Part shown: piece by piece, positions 44,431-56,699 of the stretch
Layout of the letters: each line of letters opens with the position of its first letter
Position numbering within the stretch: the stretch's first letter is position 1
Assembly: GCA_951406725.2 (NCBI GenBank)
Contig: OX597830.1
Location: forward strand, 55,490,001-55,554,000
Direction of reading: 5' to 3'
Origin: Octopus vulgaris
Taxonomy: Eukaryota
Length of the DNA: 64,000 bases
Made by a program: the position numbers and the translations under genes
Notes under the pieces: model-generated
What the model saw: the letters and a program-made list of their open reading frames with translations, nothing else
Told to the model about the DNA's origin: nothing
The model's database searches: none

Positions 44431-44752
44431 CTTTAGTACCCACAAGGGGCTAAACACAGAGGGGACAAACAAGGACTGACAAACGAATTAAGTCGATTAC
44501 ATCGACCCCAGTGCGCAACTGGTACTTAATTTATCGACCCCGAAATTTCAGGCCTTGTGCCTATAGTAGAAAGGATTATTATAGGCACACAAACCATTAA
44601 AAATCAAGTTGTTTCTATACACATTCTCTGCAGTCACGTGTATGGACATGCTAACGAGAACACAGAAGCATATACATACGCATATACACACAGACACAAA
44701 CACACACACACGCTCACAAACATATGCATATATAAAACATATATATATATAC

Positions 44753-44783
<31 letters not shown>

Positions 44784-44922
44784 CATACATATATATATAT
44801 ATATACATACATATATATATGTATATACATACATATATATATATGTATATACATATATATATATATACATATATATATACATACATATATATATATACAT
44901 ATACATACACATACGTATATGT

Positions 44923-45001
<79 letters not shown>

Positions 45002-45570
45002 TATATAAATGTCTCTTTATATGTGTCTGTATATGTGTAAGTATATATAAGTATATATATATACAAATATATGTACGTATGTATGTATGAATGTATACGC
45101 ACACACACGCACACAAACACATACACACACATACACACACACTCATGCACACGCTTACACACACATAAGTATTTTTTAGTGTATTTGTATTTTTTTTGTA
45201 TTTGTATTTTTATTGTATTTTTTATTATTTTTTTAATTGTATTTGAAAGTCGTCCAAAAATGTACTTATATAATGACCCAATTATTTCCTAGAACAACTC
45301 CTTTCGTTTCACCTTATCATTTAGCTAATCCGATTATCACCCTTGATTTTGTTGTTGTTGTTTGTTTTTCTTCCCCTCGCTAATCCTAATATCAAGTGAC
45401 CGACTTGTATTCACTCTTACATCAGAAATGTGTCGAACGTGATGACGTAGCGGACCATATACAGGACATTACACAATGAGGGCCTTCCCTACAAAATCAC
45501 ATGTAGAGTGCAAATTGAGCAATTAGAAATTATTAACGTAAGGAATATAGATGAATAGCGAGAGAGAGAT

Positions 45571-45602
<32 letters not shown>

Positions 45603-45792
45603 TGAGTGAGAGGGAGAGAGAGAGATACACATATCAATGCCTATACGGTTTACGCATATTTGTGTGTGCGGCGTGTATGATTGTGTATCTGTGCGATCGT
45701 GTTTGTCAGTTTGTGTATAGTGCAGCTGACCTTGCTTAGCGCGTAAATACATACATACAAATATCACACATGCATACGCACAGGCGCGCGCG

Positions 45793-45832
<40 letters not shown>

Positions 45833-45884
45833 GACATTAATGAATGTTTAATAAGTTTTCTTCGTAACCGTAAGGGTGCAAGTT

Positions 45885-46286
45885 GGATCTTTTCGGTTTG
45901 ACCGGCAGTTTTTTCTAGCGGTGTCATATGAAATTGTCACCCATAATTATGACCCTAGTATCGATCTATTGCTTTGGGGTTAGGGTTAGGGTTAGGGTCA
46001 GGGGTGGGGGGAAGGGTATCTTTTTTCTTCACAATCTGTTTCTTAAACGAGGGACATATTCATACGGCACAGAATGTTTTTTTTACCTCAATAGGCGTCA
46101 GTGATTGGTTGAAATTGCAGAAATTGAAGTCGAAAAGCAACAAATATCTTACAACCTATAGAATTTTCTCAATAAAGCCAAGAGAAAAAGATGTTTTATA
46201 AACACATTCTACTAGTATACGAAGTTTAAAATTTTTTAGTTACCTAGAAATTATGTTAAGAACTGCCGTTCAAACCGAAAAGATCC
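45885..46286. mobile_element. MITE with 26-bp TIRs, 8-bp TSD and internal (TTAGGG)3
   Basis: TIRs ggatcttttcggtttgaccggcagtt / aactgccgttcaaaccgaaaagatcc. TSD tgcaagtt / cgcaagtt. ggggttagggttagggttagggtcagggg at about 45976-46004. Confidence 0.88.
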
Positions 46287-46504
46287 CGCAAGTTCGATAC
46301 CACCAAGAGGTACATTTGAGAAATGTCATTGTCATAGCCACAGTTCGACCCAAGCTTCGTGTGTCAAATTCAGTGAATGGAAATTCTGTGTCCCGCGGAT
46401 TCTCCCGAGAGATATGTTAGGACTGTGAAATTTCTCTCCCGCTTCGATCGTTAATGTCACGAGCTGGTTATCTATCGGATTAAACAATTGTATATTATAC
46501 GTTG

Positions 46505-47100
46505 AAATATGTATGTGCTTATTCAGTTTTATTTCAAGATTTCATGCCAATAGAGAAAGAGCTGGTTTCTTACCTAGACCCACGGCTCCTTCATTGGAAT
46601 TTCAATACCAACAGCAGGGTAATTTTGAATGTGTGTATGCATGCATGTAACGTACAGATTTGCATGTTCTGTTTTATATGTCTTCTCATGCATATAACTG
46701 CAAATCTAGACAAGGATAAACTTCTGGAAAGCTTTACAGGTTTTTACAGTTCCAATGATGGAATGGATCTGTAGTCTTTGAATTAGCTTTCTCCTTTCTG
46801 GTTTGAGAAGCCTAATTTCTCAAGATTGGTATTTAGACAGTGTGTTACATATCCGAGCACCTCAATAATTAAAAGTATAAACCTGAACTTGTAATCCGCA
46901 GATTTCACAAGATTTCAGCGTAGATATTCTCTTTTACACTGATCTTCAGCTTTATGTAAATATCCGCTGGACAGCTGATTTCCACAACTGTACAGTGTCT
47001 CTTCTCTATCCCAAATCATTATATCAGGTCTATTGTGTTTATATTTTATTGAAATTTTCACTGGAACATTCCACTAGTACTCCTTTTTATTCTGAGTGAC
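46505..47100 (-). mobile_element. 3' end of an R4/Dong-type non-LTR element (restriction-like endonuclease remnant)
   Basis: The minus strand encodes WNVPVKISIKYKHNRPDIMIWD... and FILLIIEVLGYVT-like remnants, followed by a UTR. Confidence 0.65.
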
Positions 47101-47224
47101 TACGTATGTATGTACCCATTATCTTTTTACTTGTTTCAGTGACTGGACTAAAACCATTTTCGGGCAACGATTTGAATGGGTTCGACGAACAAATTGACTA
47201 CGGCACATATTTTACATATACCTT

Positions 47225-49024
47225 CATATTCATGGAACAAATTTTCGCTTGCGAGAGCATGTGCAGTTCTTCATGTCTACACAGCTTCTTTGAATACTCC
47301 AACAGTAGTCTGCCATCATGTGTGCGTTCCACTGGCCTTGATATCCCTCCTCCATAATCTTGAATGTTTGATGAAAACGCTCACCATGCTCATCGCTCAC
47401 GCCTCCGAGATTAGCAGGAAATTCATCGAGATGGCTATTGAGGAAATGAAGCTTTATGCTCATGCTGCAGCCTAATATATGAACGTTATCAAGTAATGTC
47501 GCCACCAATTCCTTGTAGTTTGCAGCATTTTCACTCCTTCCAAAATCCTTTCACAACAATCACAAATGAATCCCATGTTCTTTCTTCTATGTCAACCATC
47601 AAGCTCGAGAAATTCTGGTATTTCGTTAACTTTCTAATTTGTGGCCCATAAAAAACACCAGCCATTATTTTATCATAACTTAGGCCAGGAAATGTTGTAC
47701 CTATGAATTTGAAACAGTTGCCTTCCACTTTAAGAACTTTGGCAAATTGCTTCATGAGTCATAGTTTAATATGAAGGAGTGGAAAGATGATTTTTCTCTC
47801 GCTCAACAAGTGGTTGGTGCATGATATTCTTCTCCCCAACAGTTAAACTCGTTCTAACTGGCCAGAGTTTCTGTTCCCAATGTTTGTCTCTTGTCTGGCT
47901 ATCCCATAAACACAGGAAACGCGGATACTTTGTATACCCTCGTTGTTGGCCAAGTAAAAAGTTAACCATTTTAAAATCCACACATATGACCCATTTCTGT
48001 TTATCATACTTAGGTAAATCTAACACAACTTTTATGTCATCACAATTCTCTTTAAAGTGTACAGACTGACCAATAGGAAGCGCACTGAATAAGTTTCCAT
48101 TATAGAGTAATACACATTTTAGACTCTTCTTTGAACTATCTACAAAGAGTCTCCATTAACTAAGATCATACTGTTCAACACCCATCATGTTTAACAGTCC
48201 TGCCACGTCACAGCAGTAAACAAAATCTTTTCCAATTGTAAAGAATGTCAAGAGATCTTTTTCCTTGTTCTGATAAAAAAAAAGTCACGTTTGTTTCTTT
48301 CTGCAACAAATTCTTCTTTTTAAGCCATGAAGCTAATAGACAGTCCTAGGTCTCTAACTAGATCACTAAGCTCTGCCTGGTTGAAGTTTTCACGTTCTTT
48401 GGTTGATGTTTCTACAAAGTCTATGCTCATGATTTATATCTACTTCACATAAATCACTTTTACCTTGCAGTGAAGGTAGATCCTTGAAAAGGAGTATTGG
48501 TATTTCATCTGAGTGAAGCATTGGATGAATTGCTGAATCCAGATTTGGGTAACTTATTTTTTTCACGTTCTCTTGTTATAACAAGAGGTCTTTGTGAGAC
48601 AAAAGTAGCTCCCACCGTATCATTGGAATGCCAAATGTTAGCTGTTTCCTTGTGCCCTTTGTCCATTGGCGCATATTTTCGACACAGAGTTTACATACAT
48701 TGTGCAGGCCCACGATTTATCCAGATCGCCAACTTTAATCTTTAAGTAAGCCAAGTAGAATCTTTTCACAATGTCACCAATGTTCATTCTTTGACTTGGT
48801 ACTATAGAACACCCACATATATAACGAAAAGAATCAGGGGAATTCAAACGTTTCAAGCATGGAGCTACTAGTGGGAGCTAATATGGGTCAATTCATAGAA
48901 AGAATACCTAGACGTGATAGAAAAAACAACTATTGCTATTTATAAACTCAGTGACCCAAAATTACCCCCAAACAAGTCTCAAATTTAGGTCAGCAGAAAA
49001 ACAGTATCAATTTATTGGTCAGTG
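47225..49024 (-). mobile_element. Chapaev3-like (CMC superfamily) DNA transposon, frameshifted transposase
   Basis: Collinear fragments NSPDSFRYICG...GDLDKSWA; WVICVDFKMVNFLLGQQRGYTKYP.FLCLWDS; MKQF...GVF.GPQIRKL; MSIKLHFLNSHLD.FP.NLG.VSDEHGERFHQ...MADYCW. 5' terminus CACTGACCAATAAA at 49024. The family name is from recall of these motifs. Confidence 0.8.
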
Positions 49025-49225
49025 TTATTTATCACACTTCGTGTTACTATCTTTTAGACTCCAAATAAACTTACAAAGTGGCGTCAAACTTTCCTTATTC
49101 CTATATTTAAAAGAAGAGACGTGTTTATATAGACGTGATTTGAAGCTGGTTGCGCAATAACCTACATAATACTGATTTCGTTTGCCTGTATGAACTGAGC
49201 ATTTGTAAACTGTATTTTTCCTAAG
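49025..49225 (-). mobile_element. Penelope GIY-YIG endonuclease fragment, truncated at the Chapaev-like element
   Basis: NTVYKCSV...YYVGYCATSFKSRLYKHVSSFKYRNKESLTPLCKFIWSLKD. Confidence 0.8.
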
Positions 49226-49261
49226 GTATACATGCATATATATATATATGTGTGTATGTAT

Positions 49262-50010
49262 GTATACATATGGAAGGTAGTACTGACTAAAGAAGAGTGA
49301 CTTGAAGCCAGAGACGCTTTTCTATGCTGCGCAGGGACAAACATTTAAAACAAATTACACCAAATGCAAGATGACAATGCAGCTGAGTGTAAGAAGCGCA
49401 AGTTGTGCGATAATAAAGGTGAGATTATATGGTATATTGTGCAGATAGCTAACCTAAAACGAATACAAGAGAAGACGCGATATTGTCGCAAGAATGATTT
49501 ATTGGGAGATGTGTGGTAAATATGGGTTAGGTAGAGCATGAAAGTGGCATGAACAGACCCTACAAGGAGTAATCGAGAATGACAAAGTAAACATACCTAT
49601 GGGGTGTAATGATTAAATGTAATCTTGAAATTGAGCATCAAACGTCAATAAAGCGTTTACGATTATAGAGAAAAATATTCTGTTGAATCATGGATATTGC
49701 ATATTCTAGTGATGACAGAGTATCACGAAAACACAAGAGAAGCCGGTCAGATATGATGATTTGAAGTGAGAAACAAAGAGACTGCGGTCATTAAAGGAGA
49801 TGAGTTTTATACCTGTTGTTGGTACCTTAGATATTGTAAGTAACAAGCTCAAACCCTGAGTCGGAAAGGTAGTGGGTGATTGTAAAATTTGAGCAACATT
49901 GCCTGGTCAGCACAATTCCTCTGTTCCTGAAATCTGAATGAAGTGTAACCCTAGGCCACTGGTTGTGGGCGGCTGATACTTCATGATGCTCAAGTTGATA
50001 TGTTAAACAA
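49262..50010 (+). mobile_element. Degenerate R4/Dong-type non-LTR 3' region (CCHC and endonuclease)
   Basis: Broken motifs resembling RKLC...E.IW.IV, KW.E..LQGVIENDKV, IMDIAY and FIPVVG.L. Confidence 0.65.
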
Positions 50011-50243
50011 CAGTAGTAAAAGTAATAGTTTTTAATTTAGGCGTAAGGCCAGGAATTTTGAAGGGAGGAGAGCAAGTCAATTACAACGACCCCAAAACTC
50101 GAATAGTGCTTTATTTTATAATTTCCAAGAAAATAAAAGGCAAAGGTCAGCAAATTAGAAAGGAGGAATTTGTCATAAAAAGCTGGAATAAATACTACGC
50201 AGCATCTTTTTCGACGCTCTAACGACTTCGCCAATCCAGAGTC

Positions 50244-50274
<31 letters not shown>

Positions 50275-50275
50275 A

Positions 50276-50322
<47 letters not shown>

Positions 50323-50335
50323 TGAACATACTTAC

Positions 50336-50513
50336 CCAGTGTGAAAACGACCATGGGGCTTAGCTTTCCGTCCCCTCCGTTACTGTAACCAAGCACTCTT
50401 AGATTGTAGAGGACACCCTTACGTATACCGTTAATTATACCCAAATTTGTATCACGTGGCATTAAGTAGTCACGTGCCGTTCTGATGTCATTGTTCAGTG
50501 CCCACACGCGAAC
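50336..50513 (-). CDS. CNTN: Contactin-like gene, penultimate coding exon (last FN3, second half)
   Basis: Acceptor tttttatcaatag|GTT, donor G|gtaagt. Encodes VRVWALNNDIRTARDYLMPRDTNLGIINGIRKGVLYNLRVLGYSNGGDGKLSPMVVFTL. 'RVL.YS.GGDG..S' is the characteristic end of the last FN3 of invertebrate contactin. 178 nt, phase 1. Confidence 0.94.
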
Positions 50514-51048
50514 CTATTGATAAAAATAGGGCCGATATTAAAGACATGGTATATGAACAATCGGATGGATGGAGGGGGAGGAGGGAGGGAGGGAGAAAGA
50601 AACAAAGAGAAAGAAGAAGAAATTGAGAGAGGGAGGGATGGAATTTCGGAGGTATGGATGGATGGATGGATGGATGGATGGACGGACGGACGGACAGACG
50701 GTTTGGGAGGTCACGTTTGAACAAAAAGTGAAACAGCAAATTAACATTACTGAATCAAATACAGCACATACATGTAGATATTTCATATATGTATGTTCAT
50801 ATGCGTATAATATATATATATATATATGCATGTATGTATGTATGTATGTATGTATGTATGTATGTATGTATGTATGTATGTATGTATGTATGTATGTATG
50901 TATGTATAGTAAAATCGAAAATCTATTTCGTTTTTGTTTCTGGTTTGCAAGATTTTTTATGTGAATTCGTGTGCTGAAAGAAATTTTGTTGTGTCTAGGG
51001 AGAGTCATTTTTGCCACACACCGGTTCAATTCCACTTGTTTATTATTA

Positions 51049-51117
<69 letters not shown>

Positions 51118-51224
51118 TATAAGGAGAAATATTTCCTCCATTGTAAGGATTTCACTTTGAAGTGCTGAGTATATTAAACCTGAGGCGTTGGAATAATGTA
51201 GAAGTAAGAATCAAAGTTAAGCAA

Positions 51225-53390
51225 ATGATGTTCACTTTTACATTTATATTTATTCAATCTTAGATCCAACATGCAGGAATTTCTCCAAAAGTATATTCAG
51301 TACACCAAACATATCAAACATATATAGATATATAGATATATAAAAATATACAGAGTAATCAATACATTAAAAATATACATATAAAATATATGAATATACA
51401 GATATATATATATACATTAAAACATATTGAAAAAATAAATACATATATAGGTCGACTTACAGTTTATAAAAAGAAGTTATAAAAAGAGTTAAGAGTCTAT
51501 AAGATAAAAATTTTGGCTATTAGTAATCCATTTATTAATCCTACGGCCGTTTCTGGGAGTTCGGTTGACCTGTCATATAAAAGATATTTACATCCATTAT
51601 AGGATACTACCTCCTTCCTCAAGGAAAATAAGTTTCTAAAAGGCTCGCATGTATTGCTTTCTTCTAATGGGAATTACCTACTGAGTGTTTTTATAGAGCT
51701 GTATGCAAACGACCAGGAAGTGGAAGTGTTTTTGAGTGGTTGGAGGAGGAGATACAATGCATGATAAGATAAGGCTACTGATGGCTCTATAGGTAGAGGA
51801 GGGGAGTGTTGTATTATTTTACAGAAAAGTTTCAATTGGTGTGAAGGCTGGTTCTCACCTCTATCCAGCATTATAATGCATAGTTATTGAGTAAAACATG
51901 TTTGCAAGAGTACGCAGCATCGGAAAATTTCATTTCAGAATTTTAAAAAATGATTCAGGCAAAGATTTAACCTGTAGAGAAAAAGGCGATGCGTACCATA
52001 GGGTTTCTCGGTTTCTAGTCTTAAAATATGCTGTTTCATTGGATTGTTCATGAAGAGGAGATTCATAAATAATTCCTATAAATTTTGGGTGGCTTATGGC
52101 GTGATTTTATGAGTCTGTTTGGTTGATTTGAAATGGAAGCCATTCTTATAAGTCCAAGATTAGTTTCGGGGAAGAGATTTGCTATTTTGGTTTTCATTTC
52201 AGTACCACGTATATAGAATATTTTTCTATTGGAATCCGCTTAATTGTAGAGAGTGATTATAGTAAGGAGCGTGAGTATTAAATATTTCCTCATTAGCTGA
52301 TAAATTAGAGATTCTTATAGAAATACATGTAATTACGCTGTCAAGGGTTATTCTAGGATGATTTGAAATGACGTTTATATACTGTAAGGTTTGGTTAGGC
52401 TTGTGAAATGGGTAGTATAAAGTGGTATTTAAATTAACAGTGAGATCCAAAAAATTTACCACCTTGGTATTTATTTCAGAAGCGATACCAAGATTGTAAT
52501 TATGAAAAAACTTTTTAAAGTTTCTTTGTTCGTTCAACTGCTGGTCGAGATAATCTTCAAGTGGTAAGGAGTGTATCGTCCCTGTAGAGTCCACCATATA
52601 TATTAGGGAAGTGCTGCTTGATCTGTGAGAGAAGGAACAGACCCACGAGGTCCGTAACTTGGGCTGACTCAAAAGAACCCATGGTTATATCAAGATAGTC
52701 AATAGCCTTTTATAGGTAATAAAGAAATAAAGATAGTCAATAGAAGTATTCCGAGTCCAGATATTATCCTTGAAATTAATAAGAGCCTTCCTCGCGGCCA
52801 GAATTATATCCATATCAGATTGTGGGATATTTGCAGAGTTTCGAGCCACTAAAAAACATTAAGATTAGAATGACAAATCTTTTGAAGAGAAACGTTCTTT
52901 CCAAAACATGTATCATTCTTACTTCTTTTGGGACAGAATACATAAATTTGTGAATGTGTGTATATGTATTTGTATGGCAACATATGTATCTGTATGAATG
53001 AATTTTTTGCTTATTTTTTTATGCTTTTTAGCGTCCACACTCCCTCCAAGATGAGAGAGATTGGTGTGGTTGATGTTTTCGTTTAATAGTTGGAAGTTGA
53101 AAGTTGCAGAAAAAAACATTACTAGATAAGAAATTCCAGAGAGACAACCTTCTGTGGATGAATCATCGAGTATAAATGTTGCTGCAGTACCTAACAATTG
53201 GGTTGGAGATAATATGGATTAGAAAGACAAAGAAGAAAATAGAGGGACAAGGGGGTCAGGTGTGCTTTAGTGGAAAGTGGAAGGAGATGAGTCAGATTGG
53301 CGGAGCAGTGGCTACTATAGTCGTAGTAGAAGATTAACCGGGAGAGGATACAGTGCGTCAATTGGGCAAAGATCCAAAGATTGGTGAGTG
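51225..53390 (-). mobile_element. Degenerate Penelope-like retroelement in a contactin intron
   Basis: RT C-terminus KVVNFLDLTVNLNT...PFHKPN...YINVISNHP...ISIRISNLSANEEIFN..APYYN.SLQLSGF at 52226-52520. pLTR with hammerhead-like motif at 51539-51625. Confidence 0.85.
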
Positions 53391-53406
53391 GTTGTCGTAG
53401 CCTTAC

Positions 53407-53522
53407 CTTGTAACCTTTCAAAGCTTCCTCGGTGTTCCCAGTTGATATTCCTCTCCAAGTGACCTTAACGGTGTCAGGCCCGTGGCTTTTGACTCGAATA
53501 ATCCGTGGGTATAAAAGTGGGG
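53407..53522 (-). CDS. CNTN: Contactin-like gene, internal exon (last FN3, first half)
   Basis: Acceptor tctttaattacag|CC, donor AAG|gtaagg. Encodes APLLYPRIIRVKSHGPDTVKVTWRGISTGNTEEALKGYK. 116 nt, phase 1 to 0. Confidence 0.93.
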
Positions 53523-53559
53523 CTGTAATTAAAGATAGATTAAATGCATTTCGTCAGCT

Positions 53560-53975
53560 TTTACACGACCTACACTTAACTTAAAAATCCACATCCAATT
53601 AAACTCCAGTTTGCAAACACTCAAGCTACATTCATTACAGTCAATTGTCAATTTACACTCTACTTACATTCCACCTAACACTTAAGCAACACTCAACCTA
53701 CAAACCTCCTAATTTCAATATAGAATTTACCCACAAACTCCACTCTGCACTCATTTGATCTACGAAATACCTATATGCTACTTACACACAAACTGCACGC
53801 AAGGTACACTCCACCTACACCCAGTTTACGCTCTATCTACTATTCACTTACAGATGATACCCGCTCCGCATGCATTCGACTTATACCTGATTTACATACA
53901 ACCTACACTCAAGCTACACTCTACCTTTCTCCACCACACTCAATCTACACCCAACTCACAATTCACCTTTAGACA
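53560..53975 (+). repeat. Degenerate ~11-bp (acctacactca-like) minisatellite
   Basis: Recurrent acctacac(t/c)/actcaac motifs. A similar tract lies at 54420-54530. Confidence 0.55.
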
Positions 53976-54141
53976 AATTCAACTTCGTATTCGTGTTTGT
54001 GTGAGTGTTTTTGTGTGTGTGTGTTTGAGTGTGTGTGTGTGTGTGTGAATGTGTGTGTGTGTGAATGTGTGTGTGTGAATGTGTGTGTGTTTGAATGTGT
54101 GTGTGTGTGTGTGAATGTGTGTGTGTGTGAATGTGTGTGTG

Positions 54142-54180
<39 letters not shown>

Positions 54181-54559
54181 TGTGTGTGTGTCTACGTCTT
54201 CATGTTTTTGTCACATCCGCAATTGTTCGACAATCAGTGCTGGTTTGTTTACGTTCCTGTGACTTAGCAGTTCGGCAAGAGGAACCGATGAAATAAGCAC
54301 GACACATAAAAAAATAATGTTCTGGCAACGATTTGTTCGACTAAACCCTTGAAGGCGGCGCCCCACTATGGCTGCAGTCCAATGACCGAAGCAAGTAAAA
54401 AGGATTTAAAAAAAGGTAGACATTTCCACACTCAATTTCAACTCAACGAATACTCAACCAACACCCAACCTCCACTCAGCCTCTACTCAACCTCCACTCA
54501 GCATCTACTCAACCTCCACTCAATCTCGAACTATACAGAAGCAACATATACACACTTAC

Positions 54560-54749
54560 CTTCACCTTTAGTTGTAATAGTTGCCCTTCTGCTTGGCGGG
54601 CCAGGCCCGGCGCTGTTGTATACCTGGACGTACATGAAATGATCGGAATCAAAATACCTGAGGCCAGTTATTAGACCCCAACTTCTTTGACCAGGATATG
54701 AAACCCCGGTCACTAAGGGGTCAGCTTCCCATCTGTTCCAGTAGGTGAT
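54560..54749 (-). CDS. CNTN: Contactin-like gene, internal exon (FN3, second half)
   Basis: Acceptor tattttcag|ATC, donor G|gtaagt. Encodes ITYWNRWEADPLVTGVSYPGQRSWGLITGLRYFDSDHFMYVQVYNSAGPGPPSRRATITTKGE. 190 nt, phase 0 to 1. Confidence 0.93.
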
Positions 54750-55112
54750 CTGAAAATATATGTTAAAGTATACATGGCAGATGTGTTACGTGGGTGGTGC
54801 GAGCGAGTACGTGTGTCGGTATGAGTATGTGTGTTAAATATATGTATACATATACGTACACACACACATGCACATACATACATACACACATACATGCATA
54901 CATAGATACAGTACACAACTGGTACTTAATTAATCGACCCCGAAAGGACGAAAGGCAAAGTCGACCTCGGCAGAATTTGAACTCAGAACGTAAAAAAACA
55001 CGGTCTTGATATACAAACATTTCTCATGGTACCAGTACACTGTTTACAGATGCTTACATTTTTTATGTTTCCTGTGAATTTTTTACTGGTCCAGCTAGTA
55101 GAATATTATACC

Positions 55113-55749
55113 TATTTCTTTACTACCCACAAGGGGCTAAACACAGAGGGAACAAACAAGGGCAGACACACGGATTAAGTCGATTACATCGACCCCAGTG
55201 CGTAACTGGTACTTAATTTATCGACCCCGAAAGGATGAAAGGCAAAGTTAACCCTGGCGGAATTTGAATGTTACGTCAATATTTTGAACTCAGAACGTAA
55301 AGACAGACGAAATACCTATTTCTTTACTACTCACAAGGGGCTAAACACAGAGGGGACAAACAAGGACAGACAAACAGATTAAGTCGATTACATCGACCCC
55401 AGTGCGTAACTGGTACTTAATTTATCGACCCCGAAAGGATGAAAGGCAAAGTTGACCCTGGCGGAATTTGAATGTTACGTCAATATTTTGAACTCAGAAC
55501 GTAAAGACAGACGAAATACCTATTTCTTTACTACCCACAAGGGGCTAAACACAGAGAGGGCAAACAAGGACAGAAAAACGGATTAAGTCGATTATATCGA
55601 CCCAGTGCGTAACTGGTACTTATTTAATCAACTCCGAAAGGATGAAAGGCAAAGTCGACCTCGGCGGAATTTGAACTCAGAGCGTAACGGCAGACGAAAT
55701 ACGGCTACGCATTTCGCCCGACGTGCTAACGATTCTGCCAGCTCGTCAC
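55113..55749 (-). mobile_element. Head-to-tail trimer of SINE family A with 16-bp TSD
   Basis: Units start at 55111, 55315 and 55519 (204-bp period). TSD agtagaatat(t/a)atacc at 55097-55112 and 55750-55765. Confidence 0.92.
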
Positions 55750-56561
55750 AGTAGAATATAATACCAAGAGCCTGAATTCTTATTTCAAACTCTGAGCATT
55801 GAAATATTTTCAACATAGCAACACACCAGAGGTTGATATCTGCTACCATACGGATCCTATAACTTCTGATAGGCAAAAGAGGTTTTATATTCACTTATTC
55901 ATTTATTCATTTGATTTAGTTGGGCGGTTATATGTACTTTTACATATTTCTTATTTTCAACTATTATACGACAAATAAAAACTTTATACAGCAAATTATA
56001 TTTGCCACGTTTTTCATACGCACTAAGTGAAGGCACGTGATTCATTGGTTAGGGAAATCGGCTGACAATCGTAAGGTCGTGAGTTCGATTCTCGGCTGTT
56101 CATTGTTTATTTCACGTTGCTCCAGTTCACTCAGCTGGCAAAAATGAGTAGTACATGTATTTCAAAGGGCCGGCGTTGTCACCTTCTGTGTCACGCTGAA
56201 TCTCCTCGAGAACTAGATTAAGGGTACGCTTGTCTGTGGAGTGCTCAGCCATATGCACATTAATTTCACGAGCAGGCTGTTTCGTTAATCGGATCAACTG
56301 GAACCCTCGTCAGTTTTATACACATTAAAATATATTATGTTTTTTTTTTTCTAATATTTTATTTGTTTCAGTCATTAGACACCACCCTGAAGAACTTTTA
56401 GTCGAATAAAAGGATCCGAGTACTTTTTTTAAAGCCTAATACTTTTTCTGAAGTCTGGTACTTTTGTCGAACCGCTAATTTATGCGAACGTAAATACACA
56501 AACAACAGTTGTCAAACTGTGATCAGGGACAAACACGGACACACTGACACACAAACATACA

Positions 56562-56607
<46 letters not shown>

Positions 56608-56641
56608 CATACATATATATATATATATATACAAATATATA

Positions 56642-56698
<57 letters not shown>

Positions 56699-56699
56699 T

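Noticed and set aside
55111-55749. CRISPR-like or satellite array
   Set aside because: There are no unique spacers. The units are whole SINE bodies in eukaryotic DNA.
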